Assembly: GCA_963754315.1 (NCBI GenBank)
Contig: CAVWFS010000019.1
Coordinates: forward strand, 640,001 to 704,000
DNA: 64,000 nucleotides
Origin: an uncultured Candidatus Rokubacteria bacterium
GTDB lineage: Bacteria > Methylomirabilota > Methylomirabilia > Rokubacteriales > CSP1-6
Reading direction: 5' to 3'
Both the position numbers and the translations under genes were made by a program. The notes below the pieces were generated by a model, which ran no database searches, was not told where the DNA came from, and saw only the letters and a list, made by a program, of their open reading frames with translations. This document shows, piece by piece, positions 60,580 through 64,000 of this stretch (the stretch's first letter is position 1; each line of letters starts with the position of its first letter).

Positions 60580-61083
60580 ATGGTCCGACCCGTTCTATTT
60601 CAACGCGTTGCCCTGGCAGTAGCGTGTGGCGTACTGGCCCTGGCTGGAGTGATCGGGCTCGGCCAAGCGGCTGGTCCCGATCCCTGGGATGCCGCCGTCC
60701 GCGAGGTAGACACCGCTCTCACCCGAGGGGATGTCCGCGCAGCGCGTGAGGCCTGGAATCACGCCTACGCTGTGGCATTTGCGAGCGGCGAGTGGGAGGG
60801 GTTGGCGGCGGTCGGAGACGTCTCAGCCCGGATGGCCGAGGCCAGCGGAGACGCCGGGGATCTCGCGCGTACGCGGCAGGCATATCACGAGGCCTTCCTG
60901 CGCGCCCGGAGCGAGGGGTCGGTGGACGGTGTGCTTCGCGTGTCCGACGCCTACGCTCGCCTTGGTGATCACGAGACCGCGCGCCGGCATCGCGACGTGG
61001 CAGTACGCCTGGCCGTACGGCACACGTCACCGGGGGTTTTTGCCCGAATTTGGGCCCGGCTCACCGGGCAATACGTCCGCTAG
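60580..61083 (+). CDS. Hypothetical exported helical (TPR-like) protein
   Basis: N-terminal hydrophobic segment and Ala-rich helical repeats. Confidence 0.6.
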   Translation: MVRPVLFQRVALAVACGVLALAGVIGLGQAAGPDPWDAAVREVDTALTRGDVRAAREAWNHAYAVAFASGEWEGLAAVGDVSARMAEASGDAGDLARTRQAYHEAFLRARSEGSVDGVLRVSDAYARLGDHETARRHRDVAVRLAVRHTSPGVFARIWARLTGQYVR

Positions 61084-61089
61084 GTCAGC

Positions 61090-61118
61090 GTGCGCACCCC
61101 TTCGTGGGGGGCGCGCAC
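61090..61118. terminator. Possible hairpin terminator between convergent genes
   Basis: GTGCGC-ACCCCTT-CGT-GGGGGGC-GCGCAC imperfect stem. Confidence 0.35.
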
Positions 61119-61134
61119 CTTAACGAAAATACGT

Positions 61135-61416
61135 TCAGGGCTGCCGACTAGCGGGGCCGATGCCAGTGGGCGGTCCGGGGGGACGCGCGGGCTCGACCAC
61201 GGCCTTCTCCCCCTGACCGGGGCTCACAGCCACCCACCCTCTGGTCCGCATGCAGCTCTCGTCGAGTGAACCACCCTTGCTACAGGCGGTGTAATCACGT
61301 CGGAACTCAGCCATCGTGTAGCTGGTCCCGATCTTCATCCACTCTTTCTCTCCGGACGCGCATCCGCCCACCGCGAGCCCAATCGCAAGCGCTATCACGG
61401 TCACCATGACGTGCAT
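61135..61416 (-). CDS. Small hypothetical lipoprotein
   Basis: Hydrophobic N-terminus, AVGG-C lipobox, W.K.G...F.RD..AC...CM..RGW. TACAAT 7 nt upstream of ATG 61416. Confidence 0.7.
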   Translation of the reverse strand: MHVMVTVIALAIGLAVGGCASGEKEWMKIGTSYTMAEFRRDYTACSKGGSLDESCMRTRGWVAVSPGQGEKAVVEPARPPGPPTGIGPASRQP

Positions 61417-61433
61417 GGCAGTCATTGTACCGG

Positions 61434-62454
61434 CTACTCGTTCCCTGTGGGAGCTTCATGCTCGAGGGGAAAAAGAACGTAGCCCACGCCGCCCCGCTCC
61501 AGCCAGACGCGACCGACCTCGTCGCGCCGGTAGCGGCGAGGCACCTCTCCCGCCGCCCGCGCGGCCGGGTCATTGACGTGCACGTGGGTGATGTCCTCGC
61601 CCGTGAGCACAACCAGGTGGCCATCCGTACGAGGAATGGGAGCTCCCGCGAGCTCGCCGACCTCGTAGCGGAGGGAGGCGATTATGGGCAACCCGTGCGC
61701 CAGACACCAGGCCGCCGCGGACCAGTCGGGGAACCGTAGCAGATAGCCCGCCACTCCCCGCCGAGCCGCCGCTGCAATGGCCGCCGGCCAGATCCCATAG
61801 AGATCGAGGTCAGGGTGGAAGATCTCGGCTGCCAGCTCCTTCACGGGTGCTCGTTGTCCCCAGTACTCGAGGACCATCGCCACCGAGGCCGGAGAGCAAA
61901 TCCGCTCGACGGATCTCCGCGTGCTCGTCCATCTGGCTCCGCGCGGGAACACGAAGGGCCTCAGCCGGGGCCAGGGGATCCCCGGGTCGAAGGACCTGAT
62001 CGACATGGTCCAGATCGCACGCTGACAAGGTCACGAGAAGGGGGTGAGCCAGGGCGCTCGCCGGGTGGACGCGCACGCGGAGGCGGACGCTCTCGACGGG
62101 CGCCGAGGCTCTAACGAGGTCAACCTCGACCGCCAAGGGTCCGCCTACCAGCGCCCCTGGGGGGAACACGGGTGCACCAATCGTCGTGGTGGTGATCCAT
62201 GGTGTCCAGTGCCCCCCGACTAGCCCGCTCACCTCGAAGCGAAAGCTGCACAAGCGGCCGGTGAGGAGGCTGAAAGACGGCACGAGATGGCGGGCGGCCC
62301 GGCGTGGCGTCCACGTCGGGGTCTCCACGATTGCAGTGTCGCCGTCCACGGCCGTCGTGGCCTCATCCACTGATCGTCGGCAGGCGGGTGGAATCCGCCG
62401 TTCGACGGCCGCCGGGCTCAAGCGGACAGTGGCAACGAATAGATCGGTTAGCAA
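61434..62454 (-). CDS. Peptidase C39-like (papain-fold) family protein, single-base frameshift near 61912
   Basis: LRVPARSQM in the first frame; ICSPASVAMVL, DGHLVVL and VNDPA (Cys-His-Asp) in the second. Confidence 0.8.
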
Positions 62455-62766
62455 ATGCTCAGTGAGGTCCCGTACTCGTCGTACAGGGCAGTGAGGCGAC
62501 TGTCGGGGGGCGTGGGCGAGTGTACCCGCCCACGGCGTCCCCCCTGTTCAGTGTCGCAGCGTGTCGCTGCGCCGTCCGGCGTGCACCGGACGATGACAAC
62601 GTGCGCTGGGCGTCTTGAGGAGCTGCTAGCAAGCCCCCTGGGACGCGGCCTGCGAGCCCGGTGGCGTCTCGTCCATCCGACACCTCCTCGAGTCGAGTAG
62701 GCCTACTGGCGGCAGGTGTCGCGCACCCGCCGTCAAATTCCCTTCTACGCCCGGCCGCACCATGAG

Positions 62767-64000
62767 TCAAGCGTGACGCGCGATCTCCGAGAGGACCTGG
62801 TCGAAAGCGGTCAGGGTCTCGTCAAGGTCTTGGTCCGAGTGGGCGAGCGAGACGTAAATCTTGTTCACCGCCTTCACGATTCCGCGCCGGAGGCTCTCCT
62901 CATTGAAGACCCGGATCCTGGCGCGATCGGCGCTGAGGGTCGCCCGATAGTCCACGAGCGGTTGATCGGTAAATACGATGTCGAAGACAGGCGGCTCGCC
63001 ACTCACCTGCGCTGCCAGGCCATGCTTGCGCGCGGCGGCGGCGAGGCCGTCGCGTAATCGTGTCCCCGTGCGGAACAGCCGCTCGTACACCCCTGGTTTT
63101 CGAAGCTCATGAAGAGTGGCCAGACCTGCCACGGCCGCGACAGGATTACCGTTGAGCGTGCCGGCCTGGTTCACGAAGTCCGCCGACCCTTCGCGACTGG
63201 GATCGAAGTGCTTCATGATCTCGCGCGGTCCCACCACCGCTCCGAGAGGAAAGCCTCCGGCCACGATCTTGCCGAGAGCGGCCACGTCAGGCACGACGCC
63301 GTAGTATTCCTGGGCTCCGCCGTACGCAAGGCGGAAGCCGGTCACGATCTCGTCGAACACGAGCGGTACGCCGTGCTTCTGGGTGGCTGCCCGCACCCCC
63401 TGCAGGAAACCCGGCTGAGGCGGAATCACCCGCTGGTAGGGCTCGCAGATCACCGCGGCCAGCTCCTGATGATACTGATCGAGAAGCGCTTCGAACGTGG
63501 GCAGGTCGTTGTAGGGCGCGATGAGAACCTCGCCCTGCAACACGTGGGGAATTCCCCCCGTGTCGATGACGGCGGCCGGAAACGCCTTGGGCGAGCGGGT
63601 CGTGGTGCTCATTTGCGCGTAGTCGTGCATGCCGTGATACCCGCCCTCGAACTTCATGATCTTGTCGCGGCCCCGAAAGGCGCGGGCCACGCGAAGGGCG
63701 AAGAACGTGGCCTCGGTGCCGCTCGCCGTGTAGCGCACGTTCTCCGCGCAGGGGACGGCGCGCACAATCTCCTCGGCGAGCTCGATGGCCGGCTCGTTCA
63801 GCAGCATGTAGGTCGTGCCGCGCGCCAGGTAACCTTGCACGGCCTCGATCACCGCGGGGTGCGCATGGCCCAGCACCATAGGGCCGGATCCGAGCAGGTA
63901 GTCGATGTAGCGACGGCCGCTGACGTCCCAGAGATGCGCGCCCCGCGCTTCGCGAACGACGAGCTCGAGTCCCTCACCACTCCGGTGCGATCCCAGTACT
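62767..64000 (-). CDS. Class III aminotransferase, glutamate-1-semialdehyde aminomutase-like (5' end outside the window)
   Basis: YIDYLLGSGPMVLGH, SGTEAT, KFEGGYHG, FDEIVTGFR, LGKIVAGGFP and GTLNGNP. The frame is open to position 64000. Confidence 0.9.
   Translation of the reverse strand, partial: VLGSHRSGEGLELVVREARGAHLWDVSGRRYIDYLLGSGPMVLGHAHPAVIEAVQGYLARGTTYMLLNEPAIELAEEIVRAVPCAENVRYTASGTEATFFALRVARAFRGRDKIMKFEGGYHGMHDYAQMSTTTRSPKAFPAAVIDTGGIPHVLQGEVLIAPYNDLPTFEALLDQYHQELAAVICEPYQRVIPPQPGFLQGVRAATQKHGVPLVFDEIVTGFRLAYGGAQEYYGVVPDVAALGKIVAGGFPLGAVVGPREIMKHFDPSREGSADFVNQAGTLNGNPVAAVAGLATLHELRKPGVYERLFRTGTRLRDGLAAAARKHGLAAQVSGEPPVFDIVFTDQPLVDYRATLSADRARIRVFNEESLRRGIVKAVNKIYVSLAHSDQDLDETLTAFDQVLSEIARHA

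Noticed and set aside
62626..62628. Pyrrolysine (TAG) readthrough of the short ORF
   Set aside because: The readthrough product resembles no known family and there is no supporting context

Overview
High-GC bacterial chromosomal segment, densely coding, with no rRNA, tRNA, CRISPR array, integrase or transposase recognised. The gene style (many ABC transporters, CoA-transferases, LLM oxidoreductases, amidohydrolases) suggests a soil or sediment heterotroph such as Ca. Rokubacteria; this is inference only. Most genes are catabolic or transport: paired acyl-CoA dehydrogenases, a GcvT/DMG-dehydrogenase-like enzyme, two CaiB/crotonase modules, two partial Dpp/Opp systems, Ugp-like and Liv-like ABC systems, amidases, aminotransferases, hsp20-lon, and lemA-TPM-TPM. 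Signals the ORF track misses or splits: (1) a BCP/PrxQ peroxiredoxin with an in-frame TGA at its peroxidatic Cys position and a SECIS-like hairpin, i.e. a predicted selenoprotein, at 54742-55176; (2) a doubly deleted FGGY-kinase/GpsA chimera sharing a palindromic bidirectional -10 with a phosphodiesterase/cytidylyltransferase/MetE-like operon; (3) a DUF413/MaoP-like gene; (4) many apparently leaderless genes; (5) small unannotated ORFs and relics; (6) a REP-like tandem palindrome; (7) seven single-base frameshifts, probably sequencing error. All assignments come from reading motifs by eye; no database search was run.
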